A stretch of 64,000 nt of DNA. It comes from Opitutaceae bacterium (GTDB lineage: Bacteria > Verrucomicrobiota > Verrucomicrobiia > Opitutales > Coraliomargaritaceae). Shown in pieces: positions 25,308-36,889 of the stretch. The notes below the pieces were generated by a model, which was not told the origin of the DNA, searched no databases, and saw nothing but the letters and a program-made list of their open reading frames with translations. The position numbers were made by a program, and so were the translations under genes. The stretch spans positions 1 through 64,000 of the forward strand of contig JBPOFY010000006.1 of assembly GCA_051252375.1 (NCBI GenBank), given 5' to 3'. The first letter of the stretch is position 1. Each line of letters opens with the position of its first letter.

Positions 25308-25991
25308 TTATTTAGCCCAATCGTCTAGCATCGCGAATAGCGCATCATGCATCGCCTCGTAAGTCGTGGCGGGCTCGGATTGCATACGCTCGGCGGTCTG
25401 TATGTAGGGGGCAGGGACAAGCTCGTTGGCGCATGCGGCGCAGAGTAAGGCGAGGCTTTGTGGGGAGATTTCTAAGTGGCATTGCAGCGCGAACACGTTC
25501 GCATGATAGCGAAAACCTTGGTTCAGACAGGCATCGCTACTGGCGATCCGTTGCGCGCCTTTGGGTAGGTCAAATGTATCTCCGTGCCAATGGTAGGCGG
25601 TGAGTTGATTGGGCAGCGGGCAGTCGGCAGGATACTCCGGGTCGCGGCGGATCGGAAACCAACCGATTTCTTTATGTTCACCTGCATAGACACGAGCGCC
25701 AAGTGCGTGAGCAATGAGCTGTGCGCCAAGGCAGACGCCGAATACGGGTTTGCCCGACGCGATGGCACCTCGAATATAGGTTTTTTCACGAGCCAACCAT
25801 GGGTATTTGTCATCTTCGTAAACATTCATTGGTCCACCCATGATGATGAGTGCATCAAACGTATCTGGAGCAGGGAGGTGTGGTTCAGAGTAAATTGGAG
25901 CAATCGTCAAATTATGTCCACGGTCCTGCGCCCACACAGCAATCGCAGCAGGGCCTTCAAACCCGACGTGCTTGATGCAAAGAATTTCCAT
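25308..25991 (-). CDS. Type 1 glutamine amidotransferase (GMP-synthase-like)
   Basis: MGGPMNV, GVCLGAQL, HWHGD, LQCHLE (Cys-His-Glu triad). Confidence 0.9.
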   Translation of the reverse strand: MEILCIKHVGFEGPAAIAVWAQDRGHNLTIAPIYSEPHLPAPDTFDALIIMGGPMNVYEDDKYPWLAREKTYIRGAIASGKPVFGVCLGAQLIAHALGARVYAGEHKEIGWFPIRRDPEYPADCPLPNQLTAYHWHGDTFDLPKGAQRIASSDACLNQGFRYHANVFALQCHLEISPQSLALLCAACANELVPAPYIQTAERMQSEPATTYEAMHDALFAMLDDWAK

Positions 25992-26060
25992 GGCTTGGTA
26001 ACTAATTGTAATTAGTGGCGATACAAGTGTTTCCTTCTCGGTTGTGTTTTTAAGTGCTCT

Positions 26061-27686
26061 ATGCCATCTATTGTTCCTATGAAATTTGTCCGTTTGCTGC
26101 TCGTCCTCTGTGCGCTTGCTATTTTTGGTGGGCTGCTCGGTTTCTTACTTTCTTTCCTATTGTCAAAGGACGAAGCTGAGACTGAAGTTGCCGAGGTCCA
26201 GACACCACGAGAAGTGACTGGTGTTAAGGCACCGAAAGCATTGCAGGATTACTCCTTGCCCACCACTTTTGAAGAAGGAGAAATACAGATCGATTATCCC
26301 GCGAGCACCATCGAGGGAGAACTGGTGTTGCAATTCACATCACGCGCAGAATATGCGGCTTACCTGAAAGCCTTAATCGCATCAGGTAATTCCCCGATGG
26401 GGCAAATTGATGAATTGATGGTCGTGCGTATTGATCCCCGGTCGTTAGGTGCGGTGAATTTGGATGATTTCGAAGTGACTGCAGACTTTTCTTATGAGGT
26501 GATGCAGCCACTGCCACCTGTTGAGTTTTCGCCCGAAGCCTTGGCAAGTTTGCAAGGGTTTGGTCTTACCGCACGGCAAATTGCCGGTGGTCCTGTAGAT
26601 GGGGATGGTTCCGGAGTGATTGTTGGAATTTTAGATTCGGGCATTCAAGCGCATGCTCAATTTGATGATGTTTACATAGTGCACATTGATTTGGCTGGTG
26701 GCGGGGTCGATGGTGCAGGTGCTGCGCATGGCACTTCGGTGGCTTCGATTATCACTGGGTCAGAGGGCATCGCGCCCGCAGCGGAACTCTTTGTCGTGAG
26801 AGTTTTGAACGATGAAGGACTGGGGAATAGTTATCATGTCGCCGAGGGCATCGTGCAGGCGACGGATATGGGAGTGAAGATCATCAACATGAGTTTGGCG
26901 GTGTATCAAGATTCGGCCTTATTGCGTCAGGCAGTTAGCTATGCGACACAGCAAGGAGTCATCCTTGTCGCGGCGGCAGGCAATGATGGCTATGATCGAA
27001 TGCCATATCCTGCTGCCTATTCAGATGTGATCGCAGTGACCGCGATCGATGCGAACGGACGTCATGCCGTATTTCCAAATCAATCTAGTGAGATCGATAT
27101 CGCTGCACCTGGGGTGGCGGTCTTGACTGCTAAAGAAGAGTTCGGGACAGTTTTGTTTACAGGCACCTCAGCAGCAGCGCCATTTGTAAGTGGCACTTTG
27201 GCGGCAATGTTGTCTGCCGATTCAGACCGAACGCCAAAGCAAACTGTTGAGCTCTTGAAGCGTTATCTGAACGATGCTGGCGCGGTTGGCGAAGACCCTG
27301 CGTATGGCGATGGATTAATTGATTGGGATCGTCTGCGCGAGCGCGGGACTACCGGGATATTGGATTTAGCCCTAGCGGATATTTACTTAGACTCTGCTGC
27401 ATTGCCGGGCACGACGATGCCAATTGAGGTGACCGTGCAGAATCGTGGCACTAAATGGTCTTCTGACGCGGTTCTTGAAGTGATGATTAATGATGCTGAA
27501 CCAGTCAGTTTTACAGTTGGTTCGATTGGTCCCGGTCTCACTACCACGCGAAAGGTTTACAGCGAAGTGCCCTCAAAAGAGGGTGGAGAGACTTTGAGCA
27601 TCGCAGCCCGCGTGCTCCCAGAGAAGTTAAGTTCGGATGTGCGTTTGGAAAACAACCTGAAGGCGGTCTTTTTTCAGGCGAAATAA
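26061..27686 (+). CDS. Membrane-anchored S8 subtilisin-like protease with CARDB-like C-terminal domain
   Basis: ILDSG, HGTSVA, AAAGN, GTSAAAP; C-terminal VTVQNRG..E..NN; alternative start at 26079. Confidence 0.9.
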   Translation: MPSIVPMKFVRLLLVLCALAIFGGLLGFLLSFLLSKDEAETEVAEVQTPREVTGVKAPKALQDYSLPTTFEEGEIQIDYPASTIEGELVLQFTSRAEYAAYLKALIASGNSPMGQIDELMVVRIDPRSLGAVNLDDFEVTADFSYEVMQPLPPVEFSPEALASLQGFGLTARQIAGGPVDGDGSGVIVGILDSGIQAHAQFDDVYIVHIDLAGGGVDGAGAAHGTSVASIITGSEGIAPAAELFVVRVLNDEGLGNSYHVAEGIVQATDMGVKIINMSLAVYQDSALLRQAVSYATQQGVILVAAAGNDGYDRMPYPAAYSDVIAVTAIDANGRHAVFPNQSSEIDIAAPGVAVLTAKEEFGTVLFTGTSAAAPFVSGTLAAMLSADSDRTPKQTVELLKRYLNDAGAVGEDPAYGDGLIDWDRLRERGTTGILDLALADIYLDSAALPGTTMPIEVTVQNRGTKWSSDAVLEVMINDAEPVSFTVGSIGPGLTTTRKVYSEVPSKEGGETLSIAARVLPEKLSSDVRLENNLKAVFFQAK

Positions 27687-27894
27687 TCGCAGGAAGCGCT
27701 TCAACCATCGGTTGTAGGCATGTATCAGGATTTCAGAAAGCTTCTTCATCCGTCAGTATTATCCGATTACTTTTTTACCCTAAAATGGATATTATCCGCA
27801 TAGGAGTCGTGTGTCAGTAACGCTATGAAGGCTTGATGTTTCCAAAATCTAGGATGTTATCCGGAAATGAACTAATAACTTGTTCTGAGAAGGA

Positions 27895-28263
27895 ATGAAT
27901 CTAGCCGATTTCACATCATTTTTAATCGTAACAACAGCCTTCATCTGTCCTGTTGTCGTTTGCTCCGAATGCAATGCACCTTGGTGGCTATATATACCTT
28001 GTGGAATTATCGGCATAGTGATCGGATTTTTAATCGCGATTGGAGTAAGCAGATTAGCATACCAAATGCTTAAAAATAGAACGAATAAGTTTATCGATGT
28101 GATTTCATACATCGGTTATTTACTGCACCCCATAGTCAGCCTAGCACTCACGTTTACGATCTCCGCCTACCTCTGGGCATTCACCCTCGATCAGCTTGGC
28201 TATCCCATACCAGATGCGATTTCAGAACTAGGTGGAGCACTCAACCAGATAACCCGCCCGTAA
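27895..28263 (+). CDS. Hypothetical membrane protein in an AT-richer patch
   Basis: 122 aa with three hydrophobic segments; GAGAAGGA directly before the ATG. Confidence 0.6.
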   Translation: MNLADFTSFLIVTTAFICPVVVCSECNAPWWLYIPCGIIGIVIGFLIAIGVSRLAYQMLKNRTNKFIDVISYIGYLLHPIVSLALTFTISAYLWAFTLDQLGYPIPDAISELGGALNQITRP

Positions 28264-28467
28264 AATTCGAAAAACCACTAGGACTCCAAAGCTCGACGGT
28301 TGGTCGAGTGTCCACTACGTTCCTTAACATTGCTGTAACTCCGTTGTGACGTGTTCACCGTATCGTAACGTAAATGAGCTTATTGATCATTGCGGTCGAG
28401 CGGATGACTTGAACGATCTTAGTTGTTCTCGAATGAATAAGAATCAACACACAAGGAAAGGAATAGC

Positions 28468-28614
28468 ATGCCATTTGTATTTATAGATGATGGAAATCCA
28501 GAAGCAGCCGACTACGAAAATAATTACGTATATTTTGAGCCGCACAATCCCAGCCTCTTAAAGGAGATTTTCGCATGGTTCAAAAGCCTGATCGCAAGGG
28601 CTGGAATTCTGTAA
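28468..28614 (+). CDS. Putative 48-aa small protein
   Basis: AAGGAAAGGA RBS; MPFVFIDDGNPEAADYENNYVYFEPHNPSLLKEIFAWFKSLIARAGIL. Confidence 0.45.
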   Translation: MPFVFIDDGNPEAADYENNYVYFEPHNPSLLKEIFAWFKSLIARAGIL

Positions 28615-28637
28615 ATATTTGATCGATTGAATTGAAT

Positions 28638-28724
28638 GGTAGCGCAGCACCGTCTCGGTGCGCACAACGTTCTGCTAGCAAACCTTACGGGTATTCGTGC
28701 GGTGCGAGACGCACGCGCGCTACC
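28638..28724. repeat. REPIN-like inverted REP doublet
   Basis: GGTAGcgcagcaccgtctcggtgcgcac ... gtgcggtgcgagacgcacgcgcgCTACC. Confidence 0.65.
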
Positions 28725-28934
28725 AGATTAAACAATATTAAATATGGTATAGGGGGATATTGAAGTCAGTTAAATCAATTAGAGCCTAGCTCATAGAGGG
28801 AGGGGGCAGCACCAGCTCATGTGTTTGATTAACGATTCGTGTGAGCTGTCAGTAATTGCTGTTAATAACGAGACCATCGTGCCATGTATAAACGAGACAC
28901 ATCAATGTTGTTAGATCTCTAACGCTAGAGCAAA

Positions 28935-29219
28935 CTACCCGTCGGATGCGATGCCTAGTTGTTGGCGGACTTCGGGGAACTCGTCTAATTCTGCGAGGAA
29001 CTCATCGATGGCGAAATCGGCGACGACGAAGTCTTCGTATTCAAAAGTGGGTGTCTTTGTTTGACCACTCAGGGCGACCATGGCATCCATATCTTTAGGG
29101 CTTTCAAGCACGTCGCGTATGTCGATATCGACGCCTTGTGAGTTGAAAAACGAGAGTGCTTCCCGGCACCAAGGGCATCCGGATTTGATATAAAGAATGG
29201 GTGTATTTTTTCGGCTCAT
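28935..29219 (-). CDS. Glutaredoxin family protein
   Basis: CPWC motif, SGQTKTP. Confidence 0.9.
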   Translation of the reverse strand: MSRKNTPILYIKSGCPWCREALSFFNSQGVDIDIRDVLESPKDMDAMVALSGQTKTPTFEYEDFVVADFAIDEFLAELDEFPEVRQQLGIASDG

Positions 29220-29346
29220 ATTTGATTATTTAAACTATCATTTAGTGAGCTGCTGGCAACGTAAATGACGCATAAATGTGACTTTATATTTCGCGGTCTT
29301 GCGCTTTGAGAATCAATTGTATATTAGCTTTCTTTCCGACTTTTCT

Positions 29347-32202
29347 ATGACGACTTCTACAGCACCACACACTGACTCCATTTCTGTAAAAGGTGCTCGT
29401 GAGCATAACTTGCGTAACGTGGATGTGGAGATACCGCGCAATCAATTGGTAGTCATTACAGGTGTCAGTGGTTCGGGTAAATCGTCGCTCGCTTTTGATA
29501 CGATCTATGCGGAAGGCTATCGTAAATACATCGATAGTTTGTCGACTAAAGCGCGAATGGTGCTCGAACAAATCCCACGTCCGGATGTGGACTATATTCA
29601 AGGACTGTCGCCGGTGATCGCGCTGGAGCAACGAACCGGTGGCGGTGGGAATCCGCGTAGCACGGTGGCTACAGTGACAGAGATTGCTGATTTTGCGCGT
29701 GTGCTATGGGCGGTCTGTGGCACAGCTTATTGTCCGAAGGATGGTGGAGTAATTGAGCGGCGCTCGATGGATGATTGTTTGACGCGTGTCTATGCCGAGC
29801 CAGAGGAGTCGCGATTAATGATCTTGGCTCCATGGATGGTGGCGAAGCCATCGATCCTGCGTGAGGAGCTGCCGCGATTGCAGCAGCGTGGTTTTCAACG
29901 TGTGCGTTTGAATGGTGAAATCTTTCGTTTGGATGAAAGTAATTTAATCGATTCGAAAGCAAATGAGATCGCGGTTGATATTGTTGTGGACCGCATCGTG
30001 TTGCGGCCGGACCAACGTAGCCGTTTGGCAGATTCGCTGGAACTTGCTTTTAGCGAAGGCGATGACCGTGCGCTAATTTTAATTGAAGATCGTGCGTCCG
30101 GCGAGTGGCGGGAGTTGCCTTTGAGTAATCGCTTGGCATGTGTGGATTGCGGCGATGTTTACGAGCGCGTCTCGCCGCGACACTTTTCTTGGAATCATGC
30201 AGAAGGTGCTTGTGCGGAGTGCGGGGGGCTCGGCGAGACTTTGCAGTTTCAACCAGAGCTTATGGTTCCTGATCCGAGTAAGTCGGTGAAGAAGGGGGCG
30301 ATCAAACCTTGGCGTTTGGGATCGAAGCAAATGATCATTAAGCGCAATGCGATCCTCAAGCAATTGGCAGAGCAGTTGCCCTTTGATCCGACTTTACCAT
30401 GGGATGCTTTGGAACCTGATGTTCGAGAGCAAATATTACACGGCACAGGCAAACGGCTTTTTAGTTTCAAATTAAAGCGGGGCACCTCGAAGCCGGAAGC
30501 TGTGCCGTTTGAGGGGGTCTTAGCAGACTTGGAGGAAATGCGTCGCACGACTAGTAGTGATGGTCTGCGTGCGCGCTTGATGGCTTATCAAACGAGCAGT
30601 CGTTGCGAAGCTTGCCATGGCAAGCGATTGCGACCGGCGAGTCTCAGTGTCCTGATCGAGGGCACTTCGATCACTGATTTACTTGGGATGTCATTGCAGG
30701 CGGCAGATGACTTTGTCCGCTCGCTCGAAAAGAACACTGCGTATGCTTCGGTCAGCGACGCGGTGAGAGGTCTCGGCTCTCGTTTGCGCTTTTTGAATGA
30801 AGTGGGGCTGACCTATTTAACCTTGAATCGTAGTTATGCTTCATTGAGCGGCGGTGAAGCACAGCGAGTGCGACTCGCGACACAATTGGGCATGTCATTA
30901 ATCGGGGTGGTATATCTATTGGATGAACCAAGCATCGGCTTGCACCCTTTGGATAATAGACGGCTGATTCAAACCTTGATCGGTCTGCGCGATCGTGGGA
31001 ATTCCGTGGTCGTGGTGGAGCATGATGGCGAAACGATGCAGGCGGCAGATCACTTGATCGAGCTTGGTCCCGGTGCTGGAGTCGAAGGTGGCGAACTGAT
31101 TTTCGAAGGACCACCCAAAGCATCATACAGTTCTAAGGCCAGTCGTAGTGGATTGTTTTTGAGTGGTGAATGGCGGGTCGAAAAGAATGCGGATACGCTG
31201 AGCCCTCAAAAGGAGTGGCTGACTGTGCACGGTGCGGCAGAGCATAATTTGAAAGCGATCGATGCGCGTTTCCCTGTCGGTTTGTTGACGGTGGTCTGTG
31301 GTTTGTCTGGTTCTGGGAAAAGCACTTTGGTGAATGACATTTTAGCGAAAGCAGCAGCATTCAAATTGAACCGAGCAAAATCGATTCCCGGGAAGCACAA
31401 GAAGGTCGAGGGCTTGGAGCACTTCAGCAGTGTTGTGCAAGTTGATCAGTCGCCGATCGGTCGCAGCCCGCGTTCGAACCCAGCGACGTTTACTAAACTT
31501 TTTGATCAACTGCGTGACCTCTATGCTAAGTGCTCGCTGGCAAAAATCAGAGGTTATAAAACCAGCCGCTTTAGTTTTAATGTCACGGGTGGTCGTTGCG
31601 AACGTTGTAAGGGCGATGGGGTGATCAAACTCGATATGCAGTTTATGGCCGACGTTTATACCGAATGCCCGAGCTGCCAAGGTCGGCGATATAATCGCGA
31701 GACACTCGACGTTCGTTTCAAAGGTCACAGTATCGCAGATGTTTTGGACATGAGTGTGGATGCCGCGCTTGAGGTATTTGGCAAGCAACCACGCATCGCC
31801 GAAAAGCTGCGAACCTTGTCGGATGTCGGTCTCGGCTATATCAAACTCGGGCAACCTGCGACGACGCTCTCTGGTGGTGAGGCTCAACGTATCAAACTTT
31901 CGCTCGAACTTAGTAAGCGGCAACAAGGAGAGACCTTGTATATTTTAGATGAGCCGACGACTGGTTTGCACTGGTTGGATGTGCAGCGTTTGATGGATCT
32001 ACTCTTCAAGCTTCGCGATGCGGGCAACACGATCCTCATTATCGAGCATGATCTCGATGTCATCCGAATGGCAGATTGGATCCTAGAGCTCGGTCCCGAA
32101 GGCGGTGACGGTGGCGGCGAGCTGGTTTTTGAGGGCGACACGATTTCGTTTCTTCAAGGTAAGGGCACGCCAACGCAGTCGGTGTTTAACCCTATTGCAT
32201 AA
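29347..32202 (+). CDS. uvrA: Excinuclease ABC subunit A
   Basis: GAREHNL, two Walker A motifs (GSGKS), zinc fingers, two LSGGEAQR motifs. Confidence 0.97.
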   Translation: MTTSTAPHTDSISVKGAREHNLRNVDVEIPRNQLVVITGVSGSGKSSLAFDTIYAEGYRKYIDSLSTKARMVLEQIPRPDVDYIQGLSPVIALEQRTGGGGNPRSTVATVTEIADFARVLWAVCGTAYCPKDGGVIERRSMDDCLTRVYAEPEESRLMILAPWMVAKPSILREELPRLQQRGFQRVRLNGEIFRLDESNLIDSKANEIAVDIVVDRIVLRPDQRSRLADSLELAFSEGDDRALILIEDRASGEWRELPLSNRLACVDCGDVYERVSPRHFSWNHAEGACAECGGLGETLQFQPELMVPDPSKSVKKGAIKPWRLGSKQMIIKRNAILKQLAEQLPFDPTLPWDALEPDVREQILHGTGKRLFSFKLKRGTSKPEAVPFEGVLADLEEMRRTTSSDGLRARLMAYQTSSRCEACHGKRLRPASLSVLIEGTSITDLLGMSLQAADDFVRSLEKNTAYASVSDAVRGLGSRLRFLNEVGLTYLTLNRSYASLSGGEAQRVRLATQLGMSLIGVVYLLDEPSIGLHPLDNRRLIQTLIGLRDRGNSVVVVEHDGETMQAADHLIELGPGAGVEGGELIFEGPPKASYSSKASRSGLFLSGEWRVEKNADTLSPQKEWLTVHGAAEHNLKAIDARFPVGLLTVVCGLSGSGKSTLVNDILAKAAAFKLNRAKSIPGKHKKVEGLEHFSSVVQVDQSPIGRSPRSNPATFTKLFDQLRDLYAKCSLAKIRGYKTSRFSFNVTGGRCERCKGDGVIKLDMQFMADVYTECPSCQGRRYNRETLDVRFKGHSIADVLDMSVDAALEVFGKQPRIAEKLRTLSDVGLGYIKLGQPATTLSGGEAQRIKLSLELSKRQQGETLYILDEPTTGLHWLDVQRLMDLLFKLRDAGNTILIIEHDLDVIRMADWILELGPEGGDGGGELVFEGDTISFLQGKGTPTQSVFNPIA

Positions 32203-32234
32203 TCCGGATTTGAGTGAATCTCTAGTGCGATAAT

Positions 32235-32275
32235 GGTAGCGGCGCTTGTCCCCAAGCGCCATGCATCAGAGTCAG
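32235..32275 (+). repeat. GTAG-type REP copy
   Basis: Near-identical to 15296-15336. Confidence 0.75.
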
Positions 32276-32349
32276 ATCGGTAGGAAAGGTTGAGCTAAGC
32301 TGTCTGAGATCAGCGCAACCTAGGCTGGTGGGACAATCTCTATCTTTGC

Positions 32350-33291
32350 TTAGATGCCTAGCATCTCCGCAACGATCCCATAGCGCAGATTATAAAAGGA
32401 GTGCGTGAGCTCGCTGCGTTGGGCATGGCGTAGCACTGCTTCGATCGTGATCAACGCGGTCGGCACAATGTCGGCGCGGGCTGCGGGTAAATGAGGCACG
32501 GACATTCGTTCGTGTAGGGGGAGGGCGCTGAGCCGAGCTTTTAGATCTGAGATTTCGTCAGCGGAGAGTTGGGCGCGAAAGTGATCGATGGTGGTGCCGG
32601 CTTCGGCTGCGAGCACGGCGCGGGTGACGGAAAAGGCGCCGCCGGTGACAATGAGTGGGCATTCCGATGGGCTGAAATTGAAACCAGACGTGGTCAGGCA
32701 GTCCTCTACGTGGCTTTGAATGGCAGTTTCAACATCGGGGCTGACTGGAATGTCTCGATCTTCAATAAAGCGCTCAGTGAGTCGAACTGCGCCTAATTGT
32801 AACGAGATGGCTTGTTCGATGTGCCCGTGGTCGAAGCGAACCAATTCGAGGCTACCTCCACCGATGTCCATTTGGATAAATCGTTTCACCCCTTTGATTT
32901 CGGGGTCACAAGCCAGACCTTTGCCAATGTATGTTGCTTCCTGGGTGCCACTTAGGATGCGAATGTCTAGTGCGGTGGCCTCTTTGACGGCATCGATAAA
33001 GTCTTGGCCATTCAAGGCGTCGCGCACGGCACTGGTGGCGACTATCTGGATGTCGCATGGCTGATAGAGTCGAGCGAGGCGGACCAGTTCGCTTATTGTG
33101 GCGGTTCCCGCTTGTATCGCTTTGTCGCTTAGACTGGGCAGTTCGCGGCTGATTCCAGCGCTGATGCGAGTCTCAATGGTTTCAACAAAGACGGTTTCGA
33201 CGCTATGGGGACCATTACCGGCTTTGGCGACGAGCAGTTTGATGGAGTTACTGCCGACATCGATGGCGGCGACGGTTTCGCGGGAAGACAT
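32350..33291 (-). CDS. ppx: Ppx/GppA family exopolyphosphatase (no HD domain)
   Basis: AIDVGSNS, ATSAVRDA, DIGGGSLE, RADI, LRYG. Confidence 0.88.
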   Translation of the reverse strand: MSSRETVAAIDVGSNSIKLLVAKAGNGPHSVETVFVETIETRISAGISRELPSLSDKAIQAGTATISELVRLARLYQPCDIQIVATSAVRDALNGQDFIDAVKEATALDIRILSGTQEATYIGKGLACDPEIKGVKRFIQMDIGGGSLELVRFDHGHIEQAISLQLGAVRLTERFIEDRDIPVSPDVETAIQSHVEDCLTTSGFNFSPSECPLIVTGGAFSVTRAVLAAEAGTTIDHFRAQLSADEISDLKARLSALPLHERMSVPHLPAARADIVPTALITIEAVLRHAQRSELTHSFYNLRYGIVAEMLGI

Positions 33292-33410
33292 GTTTAAAAA
33301 GATCGAGTATCGCAGACTGAAGGTCGAACCCAGAATCGCTGGGAATTCCCCTTTATTGAATGTTTCCGCTTTGAAGTTGCAATGCGCGAACCATCTGATG
33401 AAAACGTGGC

Positions 33411-34445
33411 ATGTTTTATGACGAGGTAAAAGTCAGTTTGAAGGCTGGCAACGGAGGCGACGGCTGTTTCAGTTTTCGCCGTGGCAAATATGAACCCAAA
33501 GGCGGCCCTGATGGCGGCTGTGGCGGAAGGGGCGGTAATGTCTACATCGAGGGTGATACCAATGTGGCGGATTTGACTGCATACCACTTTAAACCTGGAT
33601 GGAAGGCCAAGAATGGCGAACCGGGCCGTGGAGCCGATCAACATGGTGCCAATGGTGACGATTTTGTGGTTAAAGTGCCTGTGGGCACCATCTTGGTCGA
33701 CCGCGAGACCAGTGATCCTGTTGCTGAGGTGCTCAAGCACGGTGATAAAGTGCTGATCCTCGAAGGAGGTAATGGTGGTCGAGGCAATGCCGAGTTTAAA
33801 TCGTCTACTAATCAAGCGCCACGTCAGTTCACTCTGGGTAAGCCGGGTGAAGAGGGCGATTTCCGTCTGATTATTAAGACAATTGCCGATGTGGGTCTGA
33901 TCGGTTTCCCGAACGCGGGAAAATCGACACTACTGAATATGGTGACCAATGCGCATCCGAAGACCGGAGCTTATCCGTTCACCACGATGTTTCCGACGGT
34001 TGGCGTCTTAGAGTATCCAGAGCAATACGAGCGAATCACTGTCGCCGACATTCCTGGTTTGATTGAAGGCGCGAGCGAAAACCGTGGCCTAGGGCACCGC
34101 TTCCTCAAGCACGTGGAGCGCTGTAAAGTGCTGCTCATCATGCTCGATATGAATGGGACAGACGGTCGTGAGCCGATTGCTGATTACCGAGTGCTAATTA
34201 ATGAATTAAAACTCTACATGCCTGGGTTGATAAAAAAGCCGGTTCTCATCGCAGCCAATAAAATGGATGAGCCAGATGCGCCCGAAAACCTGAAAGCATT
34301 CAAGGCTAAGATTAAAGAGAAGGTCTACCCGATCTCTTGTGTCTCTGATGAAGGTTTTGAGGAACTGCAGCAGGCTCTTTTGACTGAAGTGCTCGGTTTT
34401 CGCCAAGCTGAAGCAGAGCTGGAAGCCGAAGACGACGAATCATAA
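33411..34445 (+). CDS. obgE: GTPase Obg
   Basis: Gly-rich Obg domain, [22 protein letters not shown]. Confidence 0.97.
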   Translation: MFYDEVKVSLKAGNGGDGCFSFRRGKYEPKGGPDGGCGGRGGNVYIEGDTNVADLTAYHFKPGWKAKNGEPGRGADQHGANGDDFVVKVPVGTILVDRETSDPVAEVLKHGDKVLILEGGNGGRGNAEFKSSTNQAPRQFTLGKPGEEGDFRLIIKTIADVGLIGFPNAGKSTLLNMVTNAHPKTGAYPFTTMFPTVGVLEYPEQYERITVADIPGLIEGASENRGLGHRFLKHVERCKVLLIMLDMNGTDGREPIADYRVLINELKLYMPGLIKKPVLIAANKMDEPDAPENLKAFKAKIKEKVYPISCVSDEGFEELQQALLTEVLGFRQAEAELEAEDDES

Positions 34446-34524
34446 GTTGAATGTGAGTCCAAAATCCTTTTTTGTGCTCACATATAGCTGATCTACTACT
34501 AGGTCAGTTGCACGACCTGATTCT

Positions 34525-36171
34525 ATGACTGCCCCGACCATTCTCGACCTCGACGAAAGCCAGTTTCAAAGTAAGCCAGAACTTAAAAGTCATTTGGCCT
34601 ATCAAAGCTTTTTGGCATTAGCTAAAAAACCGGGTCGAGTCATCATCGTGGATCGCACGCTACAAAGGCGTGAAATGAAGTCGGGCTTTTTGCTATCGGC
34701 TTCGTGGCTACTTTCGAAACGAGTCAAAACTTGGACGGACAAGCCGCGCGTGGGTATCCTGTTTCCGCCCGGCTTGGGTGGCTACATCGCCAACTTGGCT
34801 GTTGTTATGGCGGGAAAGGTGCCGGTCAATTTGAATTTCACGCTAGGTCATAGCAGCGCTGAGGCTTGCATACGAAAGGCGGATATTGACTGCCTGATTT
34901 CAACCGAGCGTGTGCAGACGAAAATGCCCGCTTTCCCATGGCCCGAAACCGGAGTGGTGGACATGGTAGAGGAGCTGAAGTCGCTGCCACGTATGCGGGC
35001 GATCGGTCTCTTGGCAGCCATGTATGTGATGCCGGCCCGATGGTTGGCTAAGTGGTTGAAGGTGCCTTCCAAGGGGGATCATGCGGAAGCGGCTTTACTC
35101 TTTACCAGCGGCAGCTCCGGTGAGCCGAAGGGCGTGGTGCTTTCGCACCGTAATATCTTGGGTAATTGCGCGCAGGTGGACGCTTCGGGTTTGTTGCCAG
35201 TGGATGAGAAGCTCATCGCGAATCTTCCAATTTTCCATAGCTTTGGCTTCACTGTCACGCTGTGGTATCCGCTGCTTCGTGGTTGTGGTGTAGTGACTTT
35301 GCCGTCGCCTTTGGATGTGAAGAAAACTGCTGAAGCCATCGCTGAAGAGGGCGCTACCATACTGCTAGGCACACCAACATTTTTGAAGCCCTACTTGAAA
35401 CGCGCGAAGCCTGAACAGCTCAGTTCGTTGAAATACATTATCGCAGGCGCAGAAAAAACACCCGACGGACTTGCTGATCTTTGGGAGCAGACATTCGGGA
35501 GCTTGTATTTGGAAGGTTATGGTCTAACCGAGACCGCTCCTGTGGTGAGCGTGAATTTACCGCACCCGCCGAAGGGCGTGCAATATCCTGGTGATTCGAT
35601 TGAGGGTAATCGCCGTGGGTCGGTGGGTCGTCCGATGCCTGGGCATGCGGCACGTATCCTACATCCGGATACACGTGTCGAGTTACCTATTAATGAAGTG
35701 GGCTTGTTGCTGCTTAAAGGTCCGAATATCTTTAGTGCCTATTTAGATGAACCTGATCGCACCGCACAGGTGAAAGAGGGTGATTGGTTTATTACTGGCG
35801 ACCTCGCGCGTTTTGACGCAGATGGTTTCCTCTATATTGAAGGGCGGCTCTCTCGATTCTCTAAAATCGGCGGCGAAATGGTGCCGCACGGCACGGTCGA
35901 GCAGGCCTTGTTTGTAGCCTATGATTTACTCGATTCGGAATTCCCCATGCTCGCCGTGGCAGGACGTCCGGACGACGCCAAAGGCGAAGCATTGGTTCTG
36001 ATTGTCGCGGAGGATTTGAACGTTGAGCTCGTGGATGTTCGCCAACGCCTGACGGCAGCCGGCATGCCCAATCTTTGGATTCCAAAAGTCATCAAACCAG
36101 TGGCGATTATTCCCACTTTAGTGACTGGGAAGCTCGACTTGAAAGCGATCCAGTTGCTGGCGTTGGAGTAG
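34525..36171 (+). CDS. Stand-alone Aas-type acyl-ACP synthetase (AMP-binding protein)
   Basis: [38 protein letters not shown]. Confidence 0.88.
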   Translation: MTAPTILDLDESQFQSKPELKSHLAYQSFLALAKKPGRVIIVDRTLQRREMKSGFLLSASWLLSKRVKTWTDKPRVGILFPPGLGGYIANLAVVMAGKVPVNLNFTLGHSSAEACIRKADIDCLISTERVQTKMPAFPWPETGVVDMVEELKSLPRMRAIGLLAAMYVMPARWLAKWLKVPSKGDHAEAALLFTSGSSGEPKGVVLSHRNILGNCAQVDASGLLPVDEKLIANLPIFHSFGFTVTLWYPLLRGCGVVTLPSPLDVKKTAEAIAEEGATILLGTPTFLKPYLKRAKPEQLSSLKYIIAGAEKTPDGLADLWEQTFGSLYLEGYGLTETAPVVSVNLPHPPKGVQYPGDSIEGNRRGSVGRPMPGHAARILHPDTRVELPINEVGLLLLKGPNIFSAYLDEPDRTAQVKEGDWFITGDLARFDADGFLYIEGRLSRFSKIGGEMVPHGTVEQALFVAYDLLDSEFPMLAVAGRPDDAKGEALVLIVAEDLNVELVDVRQRLTAAGMPNLWIPKVIKPVAIIPTLVTGKLDLKAIQLLALE

Positions 36172-36200
36172 ATCCAAATGACTGCAGCACTGGTTGCCGC

Positions 36201-36836
36201 TTAATTTTCGATTTTGAATAAAGTGCCGCCGAGGCTGCGTGGTTTCATTTCAGAATCCACGGCGTCTTCTTCGGAGACAATCTGACCCGCTTCAAAAAAA
36301 GCAGGCTCTTTCAACCAGTGTTTTTTGAGTTCGTCGTGAAGATCGAGTAGTTCCTGTCGGCTGGAAAGTCGGTATTCAACTGTGTGAGCGTGGGTGGCGA
36401 TCGGGTAGTCTTTGATGACCGTGGAACTTGTCATCGCCTCTTGCGCACCAGCTGCCCGATCCGCGAGCTGTTGGATTTGGGGAGGCAAAGGTTTTTGAAT
36501 GATGGAGCTCGGCGCTCCAGCCGCCGCGGCGCCATCAGCCAGTGCAGCCTGTATTTCGGCGGGTTTAACTGTGCGACTGTGGTAAATGCGTGTGAGTGCA
36601 CTGCTGCTGGTGACTATGTTCAACTCAATCACATTGTAATTACCTGTGATGTATTGCTGTAGCGAAATAGACATCACTGTTTTTTCTTGAGCAAGAAAGG
36701 AACGGCCAGCTTCTGGGAATTCGATGCCGAAGATGGCTTTGTTGCGGACGCCTTTTGAATCGACGGTGACCGCAGATACAGCGGTCACGGAGCTGGCTAA
36801 AAGAGCAAGTAGGGTAATTTTGTTAAAAAGGGACAT
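36201..36836 (-). CDS. Hypothetical secreted protein
   Basis: Signal peptide MSLFNKITLLALLASSVTAVSA. Confidence 0.75.
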   Translation of the reverse strand: MSLFNKITLLALLASSVTAVSAVTVDSKGVRNKAIFGIEFPEAGRSFLAQEKTVMSISLQQYITGNYNVIELNIVTSSSALTRIYHSRTVKPAEIQAALADGAAAAGAPSSIIQKPLPPQIQQLADRAAGAQEAMTSSTVIKDYPIATHAHTVEYRLSSRQELLDLHDELKKHWLKEPAFFEAGQIVSEEDAVDSEMKPRSLGGTLFKIEN

Positions 36837-36889
36837 GATGATGAATATGCTGGTCTTTCTATCGTGTGCAAAAGTAATTTGTTGCACAC

